This document shows positions 19,386 through 29,001 of a DNA stretch of 60,208 bases, piece by piece. This DNA comes from Patescibacteria group bacterium (GTDB lineage: Bacteria > Patescibacteriota > Minisyncoccia > UBA6257 > HR35), in the NCBI GenBank assembly GCA_030550735.1, contig JAUQOT010000001.1, forward strand, positions 1-60,208, in the 5' to 3' direction. The notes beneath the pieces are model-generated. The model saw only the letters and a list, made by a program, of their open reading frames with translations. It was not told the DNA's origin and searched no databases. The position numbers and the translations under genes were made by a program. The number at the start of each line of letters is the position of its first letter. Position 1 is the first letter of the stretch.

Positions 19386-20441
19386 TTATTTTAAACCCTT
19401 AATTACGAAATAAAAAATTAGACCAAGAAGAACTCCCAAGAAATTAATAATCCAAAATCTAATAACAATTTTGGGTTCTTTCATTCCTTTGGCTTTGAAA
19501 TGGTGATGAATTGGGGTTGATAAAAATATTTTTCGTTTAAATAATCTCTTAGATATTTGTTGCAAAATAACTGAACCGGATTCAATAACTAAACTTAAAC
19601 CAATTAATGGTAAAAGAAGGTAGGTACTAGTTAAAAATGACATTAAAGCAATACTTGTGCCCACTGAAAAAGAACCATTATTCCCGTCAAAAAATAAAGC
19701 AGGGTAAGAGTTAAACCAAAGATAAACAGTTAAAGAACCTAAAAGAGCAGAAATAAAAGAAGCAAGATTATATTTTGCCTCGACAAGACTTACAAAAAGG
19801 AGAAAAATTAAAATTGAAATAGCCACTCCCGCAAAAAGTCCATCTAGTCCGTCAATTTCATTAAAAGAAAGAGAAGTAGCAAGAAAAACAAAGACAAAAA
19901 TGATAAAAAAAATAGGAAAAGGAATAAAGAAGCGAAAGTCAACAATTTCAACAAATCTATAATTTAATTTCACGGTAAACCACCAAGCAAAAAAAATAGC
20001 TATGCCTAAATAAATCAAAAGTTTTTCTTTTGCTCCAAATTTATGGCCTTTCTTAAATTTATTTAAAATATCATCAATTAAACCTATTATCCCACCCAAA
20101 AAAAGACCAAAAATTGGTAAATATGTTTCATTTCGAGTTAAAAAATTAAGAAAATCAAAATATCCCCCGAAAAAATTTTTAAGAAGATAAAAAAATAAAG
20201 CTAAGATAATAGGGGGAAGCCAAATAATTACTCCGCCCATCGTTGGTGTATCGGCTTTTTCTTGAAGAGTAGTTGAAGCAATTGGTGCTTGAATTAATCT
20301 TTCTTTAGAAACAAACGTATCACTAAGTTTTAATCTTTGAGCAATTCTAAGATAAATAGGCACCAAAAGAAGAGAGAGTAAACCACTGAAAATTAAAATA
20401 CTTATTATTTTTATAACAAGAAGGTTAAATTCATAAATCAT
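19386..20441 (-). CDS. mraY: Phospho-N-acetylmuramoyl-pentapeptide transferase
   Basis: DTPTMGG, GLIDDILNKF, NEIDGLDGL, STPIHHHF; polytopic. Confidence 0.92.
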   Translation of the reverse strand: MIYEFNLLVIKIISILIFSGLLSLLLVPIYLRIAQRLKLSDTFVSKERLIQAPIASTTLQEKADTPTMGGVIIWLPPIILALFFYLLKNFFGGYFDFLNFLTRNETYLPIFGLFLGGIIGLIDDILNKFKKGHKFGAKEKLLIYLGIAIFFAWWFTVKLNYRFVEIVDFRFFIPFPIFFIIFVFVFLATSLSFNEIDGLDGLFAGVAISILIFLLFVSLVEAKYNLASFISALLGSLTVYLWFNSYPALFFDGNNGSFSVGTSIALMSFLTSTYLLLPLIGLSLVIESGSVILQQISKRLFKRKIFLSTPIHHHFKAKGMKEPKIVIRFWIINFLGVLLGLIFYFVIKGLK

Positions 20442-21315
20442 AATTGTAATATTTAGCTAGGGCGCGGATAATTGTTTCGGCATCTCCAAATCTATCTTTA
20501 GAATTTAAAATTATTAAACCGATGTAGGGGGAGGATGGAAACTTAAGAATAAGCGCTAAACATTCACCCGCTTCATCAGTATATCCGGTTTTCCCTCCAA
20601 CAATTATTTTATTATATCTTGGAAGAAGAATGTTTGTTGACCAAAGAATTTTTCCATTAATAATAACTTTTTCTTCTCTTGTAAGAAAAAATATTTCGGG
20701 ATTTTCGGAAAATATTTTTAAAATAATCTGATAAATCTCATAGGGGGTAGAAATATTTTTAGGACTTAATCCTGTAGAATCTTCAATTTTTGTATTTGAT
20801 AATCCCCATTCATTCAATTTTTCGTTTAGAAGACTAATAAATTTATCAAAACCATAAGATTCACTTAAAAGAAAAATGCTATCATTACTTGAAGCAATTA
20901 AAGAAGCTTTTATAAGATCAATAACCCTAACTTTTTCACCAACCTTAAAAGATCCAACTTCTCCCGGTTGATTTACGGCTGTCGAAGTGAAGGTTAAAAT
21001 CTCGTTAGGAGAAAAGAGTTTAAGAGCGAGATATGAAGATAAAATTTTTGTTATTGAAGCAATTGGGTATTTTAAATTTGCATTTTTTTCATATAATGTT
21101 TTGCCACGGAATTCTTTAACTAAAATAGCTTCAGCTGATAAGTTTCTATCTAAAAAAAGTGGCTTACTTAATTCTTCTGTTTTTACCGATTGAAAATCAG
21201 TCAGATCAAAATATGAAGAATTAGCTAAAATTTTATCTTGATAATAATTAACTTGATGATAATTAAAACTTAAATAATGATTAATTAAATTCAAAAACAC
21301 TAAAAAAATAACCAT
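20431..21315 (-). CDS. D-alanyl-D-alanine carboxypeptidase (S11, PBP5-like)
   Basis: SxxK (ASITKIL), SxN (SSND) and KTG (GKTGYT) motifs in canonical order. Confidence 0.85.
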   Translation of the reverse strand: MVIFLVFLNLINHYLSFNYHQVNYYQDKILANSSYFDLTDFQSVKTEELSKPLFLDRNLSAEAILVKEFRGKTLYEKNANLKYPIASITKILSSYLALKLFSPNEILTFTSTAVNQPGEVGSFKVGEKVRVIDLIKASLIASSNDSIFLLSESYGFDKFISLLNEKLNEWGLSNTKIEDSTGLSPKNISTPYEIYQIILKIFSENPEIFFLTREEKVIINGKILWSTNILLPRYNKIIVGGKTGYTDEAGECLALILKFPSSPYIGLIILNSKDRFGDAETIIRALAKYYNYDL

Positions 21316-21353
21316 TCTAAAAAAATTTTAAAAGAAAATTTATTTTTTGTTAA

Positions 21354-21623
21354 TTATGATCTTGGACTATTAACCTTAATAGAAACTGCAGCTCCAAGAG
21401 ATGCTCCAATAACTTTTCCTATTTTTCTTATAGCATTTATCGTCGAACCTTTTCTCCCTATAATCATTGCTAAAACTTCTCGTGGACCAGTAATTTCAAC
21501 AAGAACACCTCTTTCATCTATATTTGATTTTATTGAAAGCTGATCGACCTTTGCTGGATCAATCCAAAGAGAAAAAAGGGTGCGAAATCTTTTCTCGAGT
21601 TCGGCAATTTTCTGAGAAGTCAT
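21354..21623 (-). CDS. KH-domain RNA-binding protein (YlqC/UPF0109-like)
   Basis: 89 aa; IIGRKGSTINAIRKIGKVIG is the KH GxxG loop context. Confidence 0.75.
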   Translation of the reverse strand: MTSQKIAELEKRFRTLFSLWIDPAKVDQLSIKSNIDERGVLVEITGPREVLAMIIGRKGSTINAIRKIGKVIGASLGAAVSIKVNSPRS

Positions 21624-21659
21624 CGATTTGCTCCTTAACTGACTTTAAATCAGCAAGGA

Positions 21660-21688
21660 CGAAAATTAATTAATGACCTTAATTTTCG
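21660..21688 (-). repeat. Perfect 10-bp inverted repeat (hairpin) just downstream of tRNA-Thr
   Basis: cgaaaattaa / ttaatgacc loop / ttaattttcg, 8 nt beyond the tRNA 3' end. AU-rich stem with no U-tract. Possibly a processing or weak termination structure. Confidence 0.3.
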
Positions 21689-21695
21689 GGAAGAT

Positions 21696-21767
21696 AGCCG
21701 ACGGCGGGATTCGAACCCGCGACCCCCGCATTACCAGAGCGGTGCTCTACCACTGAGCTACGTCGGC
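21696..21767 (-). tRNA. tRNA-Thr (anticodon GGT)
   Basis: Reverse complement GCCGACG TA GCTC AGTGGTA GAGC A CCGCT CTGGTAA TGCGG GGGTC GCGGG TTCGAAT CCCGC CGTCGGC T. 72-nt cloverleaf with one U-U at the base of the anticodon stem. Confidence 0.9.
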
Positions 21768-21776
21768 TTTAGTTAA

Positions 21777-21977
21777 TTATAAACTAAATTCTTTATGATT
21801 TTTAAGAATTTCTAAAATTTTTCTTGCTTCTTCCTCTTTTTGTTTCAAAAGTGTTTTCCAAAAATTAGAACAAATTTTGCAATTTTTAACGTCTTTCAAG
21901 TAATATTTTTGAATTCGATAAATACTTCGTCTATCTTGAACTAATTGACTTAAAAGATTGTAAATATGGTTATTCAT
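21777..21977 (-). CDS. Hypothetical small helical protein
   Basis: 66-aa ORF filling the gap between the ThyX-like gene and tRNA-Thr on the same strand. No motif recognised apart from CKIC. Confidence 0.4.
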   Translation of the reverse strand: MNNHIYNLLSQLVQDRRSIYRIQKYYLKDVKNCKICSNFWKTLLKQKEEEARKILEILKNHKEFSL

Positions 21978-22022
21978 AAAAAAAATTATTTAATTTAATT
22001 CGACCTATTTATTTTTATTTTA

Positions 22023-23669
22023 TTATACATTTTCTAAAAATTTTTTTAATTCTTCTCTTTTTCTTTCTTCTTTTTCTTTTTCCCCACGACGAGCAAAATA
22101 GTACTCGTTAAAATCGACAAGAAGATATTTTGAAATCAAAGGATAAATTTTTTGAATTATCTTTGCTTTAACTTGCTCAATTTTTCTATAATCAGGATGT
22201 CCCTGAGGAGTCGTTCTTAATTCTGTTTCCCAAAAAAATTGTCTTAGATTTTGATATTGAATAAATCTTACCTTATGGCAAAAAAGAACAGAATATTGGG
22301 AAACTAAAACATCATTTTTAGCAATTTTCATATAAAGATCTTCAATTTTTTTTATTAATTCAAGAACTGAATCTTCTTCGCCAAATTCTTTAAATTCTTC
22401 TGGTAAATCAAAACCGTTATGAATAGTAAAAATTTGATGAATTTGAGTTTGCATCCGATGTCTTTGAAGATCTCGCCAGGCTCCTATATTTAAAAGAATT
22501 TCAAATTTTAAATAAGCAAATTCGAAAGCTCGAGGAACTTTGTACCATCTAAATCTTCTGTCATGCAAAATTTTGTCCAATATTTTTTCTTTTGTTTTTA
22601 AATCTAATTTTTTTATTTTTTCTAAAATAGTTTGATAAGGCTCTCTAAGATATGGGTAAAGAAGCCCAGCGATTATTTTATTTTCGCCTTCCGCATCATA
22701 TTCTATTAATTTAACACTCCCATCAATAAAAATATCTTCTTTCTGCCAATTTATTTCTTTTAAAATATCAAAAGTTCGTGAAATTCTTTCGCCAAGGTAT
22801 TTTCGATAATTATACGATTCTTCTTTTTCAATTCGCCTTAAAAATGAGGGAATAATTTTTAAAAGTTCTTCGTAAGCTCTTTTCCCTGCCCACCTAATTT
22901 CTTCCAAATGATGATTTAAAGAACGATTTATCATATATTCAAATGATTGGCCATTTCCATAAAAAGCAACTTGGCTTAGAGTTGATAGGGGTAAAATTAA
23001 ACGACAAATATCAAAAGCTTTGCTTTTTAAAACCAATTCTTTTTCTTCAGGATAATTTTTTTTAAAATAATCAAAAGTCTTATTAAGAATTCTAAGATAA
23101 CTATCAAAAATTTCATCCATTATTTTTTCATATTCTTCTTTTAAGCCCATTTTATTAATTTCTGGAGGAACAAAATATCGATAATGATTTTCTATTTTAG
23201 AAGAAAAATCAACATAACGGGTAGATTTTTCAATTGGGGCAAGACCAATTCTTTGATTTTCAAAATGCTTAATAGCTATTTGACTTAAACTTGAATAAAC
23301 AAGCCATGTTCCGGCCATTTGAGCAATTGAATCATCTCCGTATTCAGCTAACCATTTAATATAAAAATCTCGAGCTTTAGGATTAGCGAAAAGAACATCT
23401 ATTGGATATTGATGAAGAAATTTGATAAGGGAATCAAGAGCTTTTTTATAATCATCATCTAATTCTAAAAATGGCTTAACAAATTCCTTTAAAAAAACAA
23501 TCCTTAAATCTTCTTTAGCTCGACTCGCTCGTGAACAAAGGGCTCCAGCAACTTCTGGAGGCAAAAAAGTAAAAGCATAAACAGATTTATCTAAATTGGT
23601 GAAAAAAGGTGAAATAAGATATTTTTCTTCGTCTGTTAAATTTGGTTTTTCAAAAAGTGTTTCCTCCAT
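22023..23669 (-). CDS. thyX: Long-form ThyX-like (Thy1 family) FAD-dependent thymidylate synthase homologue
   Basis: N-terminal FFTNLDKSVYAFTFLPPEVAGALCSRASRAKEDLRIVFLKEF resembles my recollection of long (about 530 aa) ThyX proteins. One RHR motif (WRDLQRHRMQTQ) lies in the C-terminal half. Confidence 0.5.
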   Translation of the reverse strand: MEETLFEKPNLTDEEKYLISPFFTNLDKSVYAFTFLPPEVAGALCSRASRAKEDLRIVFLKEFVKPFLELDDDYKKALDSLIKFLHQYPIDVLFANPKARDFYIKWLAEYGDDSIAQMAGTWLVYSSLSQIAIKHFENQRIGLAPIEKSTRYVDFSSKIENHYRYFVPPEINKMGLKEEYEKIMDEIFDSYLRILNKTFDYFKKNYPEEKELVLKSKAFDICRLILPLSTLSQVAFYGNGQSFEYMINRSLNHHLEEIRWAGKRAYEELLKIIPSFLRRIEKEESYNYRKYLGERISRTFDILKEINWQKEDIFIDGSVKLIEYDAEGENKIIAGLLYPYLREPYQTILEKIKKLDLKTKEKILDKILHDRRFRWYKVPRAFEFAYLKFEILLNIGAWRDLQRHRMQTQIHQIFTIHNGFDLPEEFKEFGEEDSVLELIKKIEDLYMKIAKNDVLVSQYSVLFCHKVRFIQYQNLRQFFWETELRTTPQGHPDYRKIEQVKAKIIQKIYPLISKYLLVDFNEYYFARRGEKEKEERKREELKKFLENV

Positions 23670-25437
23670 AAGTTCGTTTCAAATTGTACCATAAAAGCAT
23701 CAACTCTTTATAAAGAGGCAAAGAAGCGATTGAACCATATGGCACTTCTTCAATGAGAAGAGTAGCAACAATTTTTGGTTTAGAGTATGGCATAAAACCA
23801 GTAAAAATTGCATGTAATTTCTCTTTGCCTAAAACTTGAGGAGAACCACTTTTTCCGGCAATTTCTAATTGAGGGTCATTTAAAATTTGAGCTGTACCTT
23901 GAGTAACTGTCATTCTCATTCCCTTTTTTATAATATTAAGGTTTTCTTGACTTATTAAGTCTTTTTTAATCAACTGGGGTTTTTTTTCTTCAATAATTTT
24001 CTTCCCATCTGAAGAAACAATTTTTTTAACTAGATAGGGTTTATAAATTTCACCTTTTGCAAAATAGGAAGTCCACAAATTTATTTGTAAAGGAGTAACT
24101 AAAATATTACCTTGACCGATACTTAAATTATAAGTATCACCTAATTTCCAGTTATTTATGTCTTTAGGCAAGAAACCGCTTTTTTCTCCAGGAAAATCAA
24201 TACCTGTTTTCTCTCCTAGATTAAACTTTCGGAAATAATTAATTAATCTTTTAACCCCTAAGCCTTCTTTTAAAGGAAAATATTCGTTAGGGTAAGGATA
24301 ACCACCGCCAACAACATAAAAATAAACATTAACCGAATTAGAAATTGCTTTATAAATATCTGTCCATCCATGAACTTTATTATCTTTAAAAATTGAATAA
24401 ACACCGGGAAGATAAGGATGGGGGATTTTTATTTCTCCAGGAGAATAAATAAGTGTTTGTGGATTTACAATTTTTTCTTCAAGAGCCGCTCCAGCAACAA
24501 TTAATTTTATGGTTGAACCAGGAGGATAAAGACCATTAGTAATTCTATTAAAGATAGGGTTATTCTTATTATTTAAAACTTCTTGAACTTTAGATTTATC
24601 TTTTAAAAAAATATTCGGATCAAAAGAGGGATAAGAAATAAAAGCTAAAACTTCTCCGCTATTAGGGTCTAAAGCCAAAAAACTACCTTTTTGGTAATTT
24701 CTTTCCTCAAAATAATCTTTGATTTTGAAATAAGCTTCTTTTTGGTATTCATAATCAATTGTTAAATAAAGATCATTACCTCTTTGGGGTTCTTCTTCAT
24801 AAACTTTTTTTAAACCTTCTTTTGTTTTTAAATAAACAATTTTGCCGATTTTTCCTTTTAAATACTCATCATAATATAACTCTAATCCTGCTAGCCCTTT
24901 GAATTCTCCTTGAATTTCAGATTCTGGTGATAAACCAAGATAACCCAAGAGGTTACCTAATTCTTCACCGCCCAAATAGATTCTTCGATAAGATGGAATA
25001 ATAAAAATATTTTGATATTTTTCTTTAAAAGCTAAAATTTGATTAACATCTTTTAAATCTAAAAATCGGAGAATTAATTCATTGCCCCAATAAAATGCAA
25101 GCGGATTTTTTTCCTTTATAATTTTCTGAACGATTTCTTTTTCTTCATTAGTAGCCAAAACTAAATTAACATATACATCATAAGTTTTTTCTGAAGTAGC
25201 TAACAACCTACCGTTTCGATCATAAATATTTCCTCGAGGAGGAAAATAAAAAAAAGTTAAGTATTTAGTATTTTCAATAGCTAAAATAGCTTCCCTTTTA
25301 AATTTTGTTTGAAAATAAAGAAAAATAAAGAATGTTAAGCTAAGATTAAAAATTAAAATTAAGAAAATTCTTAAAAAATTAAAAGAAATATTTCTTTCTA
25401 GTCTTCTTCCCGAAAGAAAAAAGATTTCATCATCCAT
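23650..25437 (-). CDS. mrdA: Penicillin-binding protein 2 (class B transpeptidase)
   Basis: N-terminal TM, dimerisation domain, then PGSTIKL (SxxK), NSVN (SxN) and GKSGS (KTG-like). Lies directly downstream of mreBCD. Confidence 0.88.
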   Translation of the reverse strand: MDDEIFFLSGRRLERNISFNFLRIFLILIFNLSLTFFIFLYFQTKFKREAILAIENTKYLTFFYFPPRGNIYDRNGRLLATSEKTYDVYVNLVLATNEEKEIVQKIIKEKNPLAFYWGNELILRFLDLKDVNQILAFKEKYQNIFIIPSYRRIYLGGEELGNLLGYLGLSPESEIQGEFKGLAGLELYYDEYLKGKIGKIVYLKTKEGLKKVYEEEPQRGNDLYLTIDYEYQKEAYFKIKDYFEERNYQKGSFLALDPNSGEVLAFISYPSFDPNIFLKDKSKVQEVLNNKNNPIFNRITNGLYPPGSTIKLIVAGAALEEKIVNPQTLIYSPGEIKIPHPYLPGVYSIFKDNKVHGWTDIYKAISNSVNVYFYVVGGGYPYPNEYFPLKEGLGVKRLINYFRKFNLGEKTGIDFPGEKSGFLPKDINNWKLGDTYNLSIGQGNILVTPLQINLWTSYFAKGEIYKPYLVKKIVSSDGKKIIEEKKPQLIKKDLISQENLNIIKKGMRMTVTQGTAQILNDPQLEIAGKSGSPQVLGKEKLHAIFTGFMPYSKPKIVATLLIEEVPYGSIASLPLYKELMLLWYNLKRTYGGNTF

Positions 25438-25844
25438 TACAATCTAATTTTAATAACCATCCTTAAAAAAAGGAAAGGGATGAGAAGAAGAAGAAAATTA
25501 AAGATAAGGTATTTAACTCCTAAAAAACCAGGTAATCTTAAAAACAAAAAAATAATTAAGTTAAAAATAAGAAATGACGTTAAAAGAGGCAACAAATTTT
25601 CATAATTAAAAAACTTAAAAAAAAGCGAAACCAAGAGAAATGACAAAGAAGAAACAAAGAGAAAAAATCCAAAGGGTTTCAAATAAAAAAAGTCATTTAA
25701 AAAAGAAGTTAAAAGTAAAAAAAGAAAAAGTTTCTTTTCTTTTTGGAATAAATAAAACCAGAGAAAAAGCGAATTAATAAAAATATAAGGAAAAAAAATA
25801 GAAAAGAATAAATTAAGGATAATACCCCCTAAAAAAATTATCAT
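25437..25844 (-). CDS. mreD: Rod shape-determining protein MreD (by position and topology)
   Basis: 135-aa protein of 4-5 hydrophobic helices between mreC and mrdA, with coupled overlaps (ATGA, TAATG). Confidence 0.5.
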   Translation of the reverse strand: MIIFLGGIILNLFFSIFFPYIFINSLFLWFYLFQKEKKLFLFLLLTSFLNDFFYLKPFGFFLFVSSLSFLLVSLFFKFFNYENLLPLLTSFLIFNLIIFLFLRLPGFLGVKYLIFNFLLLLIPFLFLRMVIKIRL

Positions 25845-26560
25845 TTGTAAACAAAAAACCTATTATCTTCAAATAAACCAGACAATTTAACAATTATTCT
25901 AAAAGAATTCACATTAACTTGTTCAAGATCAGAAATTGTGCCAACTAAAAAATTTGGTTTAAAGATAGAATCACCACCATAAGTAAAAACAAGCATGTCT
26001 TTTCTAATTTTATAATTTTTAGCATCATTAATTTCAACAAAACCATTGACTAAAGTTCTACCTGAACCTAAAAATTTATTTTCCGAATCGCTCAAATTAA
26101 AAACAATATCGGGGTGAAGTAGAGTTTTAATAATTAAATAATTTTTAGTCTTTTGAAAAATGAAACCTATTAAAACAAAATTTCTATCAATTACAATATC
26201 TCCCTCATTAACATCATCTCGAAAACTTGCATAAAATAAACCTTGAGGATCTTTTTTATAAATTTCTAAAGGAATAATATTAGTTAATTCTTCAAGAGAT
26301 TTGTTTTTTTCTTCAATCTTCTTAAGATTGAGTTTTAACTGGGAAACTTCTTGAAGAAGATAAAAGTATTTTTCTCTATACTCATCGTTATTTTTCAAAA
26401 AAGACCCTCTCAAATTGATAAAAAAATCATTGATAATTTTTTGGATTTTTAAAGAAACAAGAAAAATTTTGTTTTCTTCATTGGCTAAAACTGTTGATGA
26501 TAAAATAAAAATGAAAAATCCTATCAAAGTTAAAATTAAAAATTTTTTTAAATCAAACAT
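25841..26560 (-). CDS. mreC: Rod shape-determining protein MreC
   Basis: N-terminal TM, a coiled coil (LLQEVSQLKLNLKKIEEKNKSLEEL), then a beta-rich domain (GDIVIDRNFVLIGFI...). Position follows mreB. Confidence 0.65.
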   Translation of the reverse strand: MFDLKKFLILTLIGFFIFILSSTVLANEENKIFLVSLKIQKIINDFFINLRGSFLKNNDEYREKYFYLLQEVSQLKLNLKKIEEKNKSLEELTNIIPLEIYKKDPQGLFYASFRDDVNEGDIVIDRNFVLIGFIFQKTKNYLIIKTLLHPDIVFNLSDSENKFLGSGRTLVNGFVEINDAKNYKIRKDMLVFTYGGDSIFKPNFLVGTISDLEQVNVNSFRIIVKLSGLFEDNRFFVYK

Positions 26561-27572
26561 TGATTAAAAATTTTCTATATCTTTCAAAATCTTCAATAAT
26601 TTTACCTATCCCTCTAATAACAGCAAACTTTGGTTCTTCAACTAAATTTACTTTTATTTTAACCTCTTTTTCTAAAAAACTATCGATTCCTTCAATTAAT
26701 GATCCACCCCCTCCTAAAAATATTCCGAGAGTTGTAACATCACCTAAAAGATCAGGTGGTGCCATATTTATAATATCCTTCAAATTGCTTGCAATTTCTA
26801 ATAAAGAATCAAAAATACTTTCTCGAAGATCATTGGAAGTAAAATTAACTTCTTTAGGTAGTCCGCTATAAATATCTCTTCCTTTAAGCAAGAAAGAAGC
26901 AGGTTGTAAGCGATTATTTAAACTTCCTACTTTTAATTTTGCCTCGGCTGCTTGGCTTTCACCTATTATTATTTCGTATTTTTCTTTTACATATTCAATA
27001 ATATTTTGATTAAAAATTTCTCCACCTATCTTTATACTCTTACCTATAACAACACCACCCAAAGAAATAAGAGCTATATCTGTTGTACCACCCCCAATAT
27101 CCACTACTAAAACCCCTTTTGCTTCATCAATATCTAAATTGGCCCCCAAAGCAAAAGCAATTGGTTCTTCAACTAAATAAACATTTCTTGCTCCAACACC
27201 TTTGCCAACATCAATAACTCCTCTTTTTTGAACCTCAGTAAGATTAAGAGGAATTCCTATTAAAACCCTTAACCCGAAAAGAGAAAAATAATCTTTCTTA
27301 ATGTTTCTCAAAATTTCCTCAAGAAAATAAAGAGCTTCATCAAAATTAGTCACAATTCCAAAATTAACGGGTTTTATAACTTCAATGTAAGCAGGATTTT
27401 TACCTATCATTTTCCGAGCTTCTTCACCTATAGCTAAGATACTCTGATTTCTTTTATTAAAAGCAATAACTGTTGGGATTTCAGCAATGAAACCTTTATC
27501 TTTAAGATATACCTTTGTTGTTGATGTCCCTAAATCGATTCCTAACCAAATCTCTGTTTTTATTTTTATCAT
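26553..27572 (-). CDS. mreB: Actin-like rod shape protein MreB (copy 1)
   Basis: LGIDLGTSTTKVY, VVDIGGGTTDIALISLGG, LGGGGSLIEGID. First ATG is 27572; the track start 27620 is GTG and would overlap proS. Confidence 0.9.
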   Translation of the reverse strand: MIKIKTEIWLGIDLGTSTTKVYLKDKGFIAEIPTVIAFNKRNQSILAIGEEARKMIGKNPAYIEVIKPVNFGIVTNFDEALYFLEEILRNIKKDYFSLFGLRVLIGIPLNLTEVQKRGVIDVGKGVGARNVYLVEEPIAFALGANLDIDEAKGVLVVDIGGGTTDIALISLGGVVIGKSIKIGGEIFNQNIIEYVKEKYEIIIGESQAAEAKLKVGSLNNRLQPASFLLKGRDIYSGLPKEVNFTSNDLRESIFDSLLEIASNLKDIINMAPPDLLGDVTTLGIFLGGGGSLIEGIDSFLEKEVKIKVNLVEEPKFAVIRGIGKIIEDFERYRKFLINV

Positions 27573-27573
27573 T

Positions 27574-29001
27574 TTAATAAGCTTGAGCAAAAATCCAGCG
27601 ACGATTACTTTCTTTACCACAATAAACGCATTTCCCTTTTTCTTCTTTAAAATCTAAAGGTAAACATCGTGTTGAAGCTTTAGTTTCTTCTTTAATTTTT
27701 TGCTCGCATATTTCATTTTCGCACCAAAAAGCAAAAACAAAACCCCTTTGAGTTGTCATTATTTCTTTAAATTCTTCATAATCTTCAATTTCATAAAAAT
27801 TTTCTAAAGTGAGTTTTTTTGATTTTTCTAATAACTTCTTAACAAAATCTTCTTTAATATCCTCGTAATCTTTTAAAAATTCTTCAAACTTTAAGGTTTT
27901 TCTTTCGCTTGTATCTCTTCGGTAAAAAGTAATTTTATCTTCTTTAATTTCTTTTTCACCAATCTCAATTCTAAAAGGAGCACCCTTTAAATCCCATTTA
28001 TTAAATTTAAATCCTGGAGTTTCGCTTCTGTTTTCATCAAAAAAGACTCTTAAATTATTTTCTTCTAAATGGTTTTTTATTTTTCTAAGCTTTTCAACAA
28101 TCAAACTTTCTTTACTACTTGAATAAATTGGAATTAAAACAATTTCATAAGGAGCAACTGCTGGAGGTAAAATTAATCCTTTATCATCGCTATTAACCAT
28201 AAAAATAGCTCCTAAAGATCTTGTTGAAAAACCCCAAGAATTTTGCCAAACATATTTAAGCTGGTTTTTTTCATCTTGAAATTTAATTTCAAAAGGAATT
28301 GAGAAGTTTTGTCCTAAATCATGAGAAGTACAACCTTGAAGAGCTTTACCATCTGGCATTAAAATCTCATAAGTAAAAGTTTTTAAAGCACCAGCAAATT
28401 TTTCACTTTCTGATTTTTGTCCACCAAATCCAAAAATACCAAGATATTTTTGATAAACTTCAATATATACCTCTAGAGCTTTATAAACGGTATCGAGAGA
28501 ATCTTCATGAGTAGCATGAGCACCGTGTCCTTCTTGCCATAAAAACTCAGTATTCCTTAAAAAAGGAAATGGTCTTTTTTCCCATCTTATAACATTGCAC
28601 CACTGATTAATAATTAAAGGAAGATCACGATACGATTGAATCCATCGAGAAAAAGCATCATACATAATTGTTTCCGATGTTGGTCTAACAATTAATTTTT
28701 CTTCCAATTCTTCTCCGCCAGCATAAGTAACTACTGCAACTTCGGGACTAAAACCTTCAAGGTGTTCTTTTTCCTTACTTAATAAAGATTCGGGAATAAA
28801 TAAAGGAAAATAAGTATTAAAAGCACCAATTTTAGTTTTAATTAAACCATCAAGAAGTTTTTGAAGATTCTCCCAAATAGCATAACCATAAGGTTTAAAG
28901 ATGATTGTTCCTCTAACTGGTCCATAATCAAAAATATCTGCTTCTTTCAAAACTGTAAGATACCAAGAAGAGAGATTTTCTTTTTTTGAAATATTCATCA
29001 T
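27574..29001 (-). CDS. proS: Prolyl-tRNA synthetase, archaeal/eukaryote-like type
   Basis: IVRPTSETIMY, NVIRWEKRPFPFLRNTEFLWQEGH (motif 2), a C-terminal zinc-like CVYCGKE, and a terminal ...FAQAY; 475 aa. Confidence 0.9.
   Translation of the reverse strand: MMNISKKENLSSWYLTVLKEADIFDYGPVRGTIIFKPYGYAIWENLQKLLDGLIKTKIGAFNTYFPLFIPESLLSKEKEHLEGFSPEVAVVTYAGGEELEEKLIVRPTSETIMYDAFSRWIQSYRDLPLIINQWCNVIRWEKRPFPFLRNTEFLWQEGHGAHATHEDSLDTVYKALEVYIEVYQKYLGIFGFGGQKSESEKFAGALKTFTYEILMPDGKALQGCTSHDLGQNFSIPFEIKFQDEKNQLKYVWQNSWGFSTRSLGAIFMVNSDDKGLILPPAVAPYEIVLIPIYSSSKESLIVEKLRKIKNHLEENNLRVFFDENRSETPGFKFNKWDLKGAPFRIEIGEKEIKEDKITFYRRDTSERKTLKFEEFLKDYEDIKEDFVKKLLEKSKKLTLENFYEIEDYEEFKEIMTTQRGFVFAFWCENEICEQKIKEETKASTRCLPLDFKEEKGKCVYCGKESNRRWIFAQAY

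Noticed and set aside
21631-21636. AAGGAG 7 nt upstream of the KH-protein ATG, as evidence for Shine-Dalgarno use
   Set aside because: It is the only such motif among the starts inspected, and it cannot pair with the observed 16S tail (AUUCU). Treated as chance.
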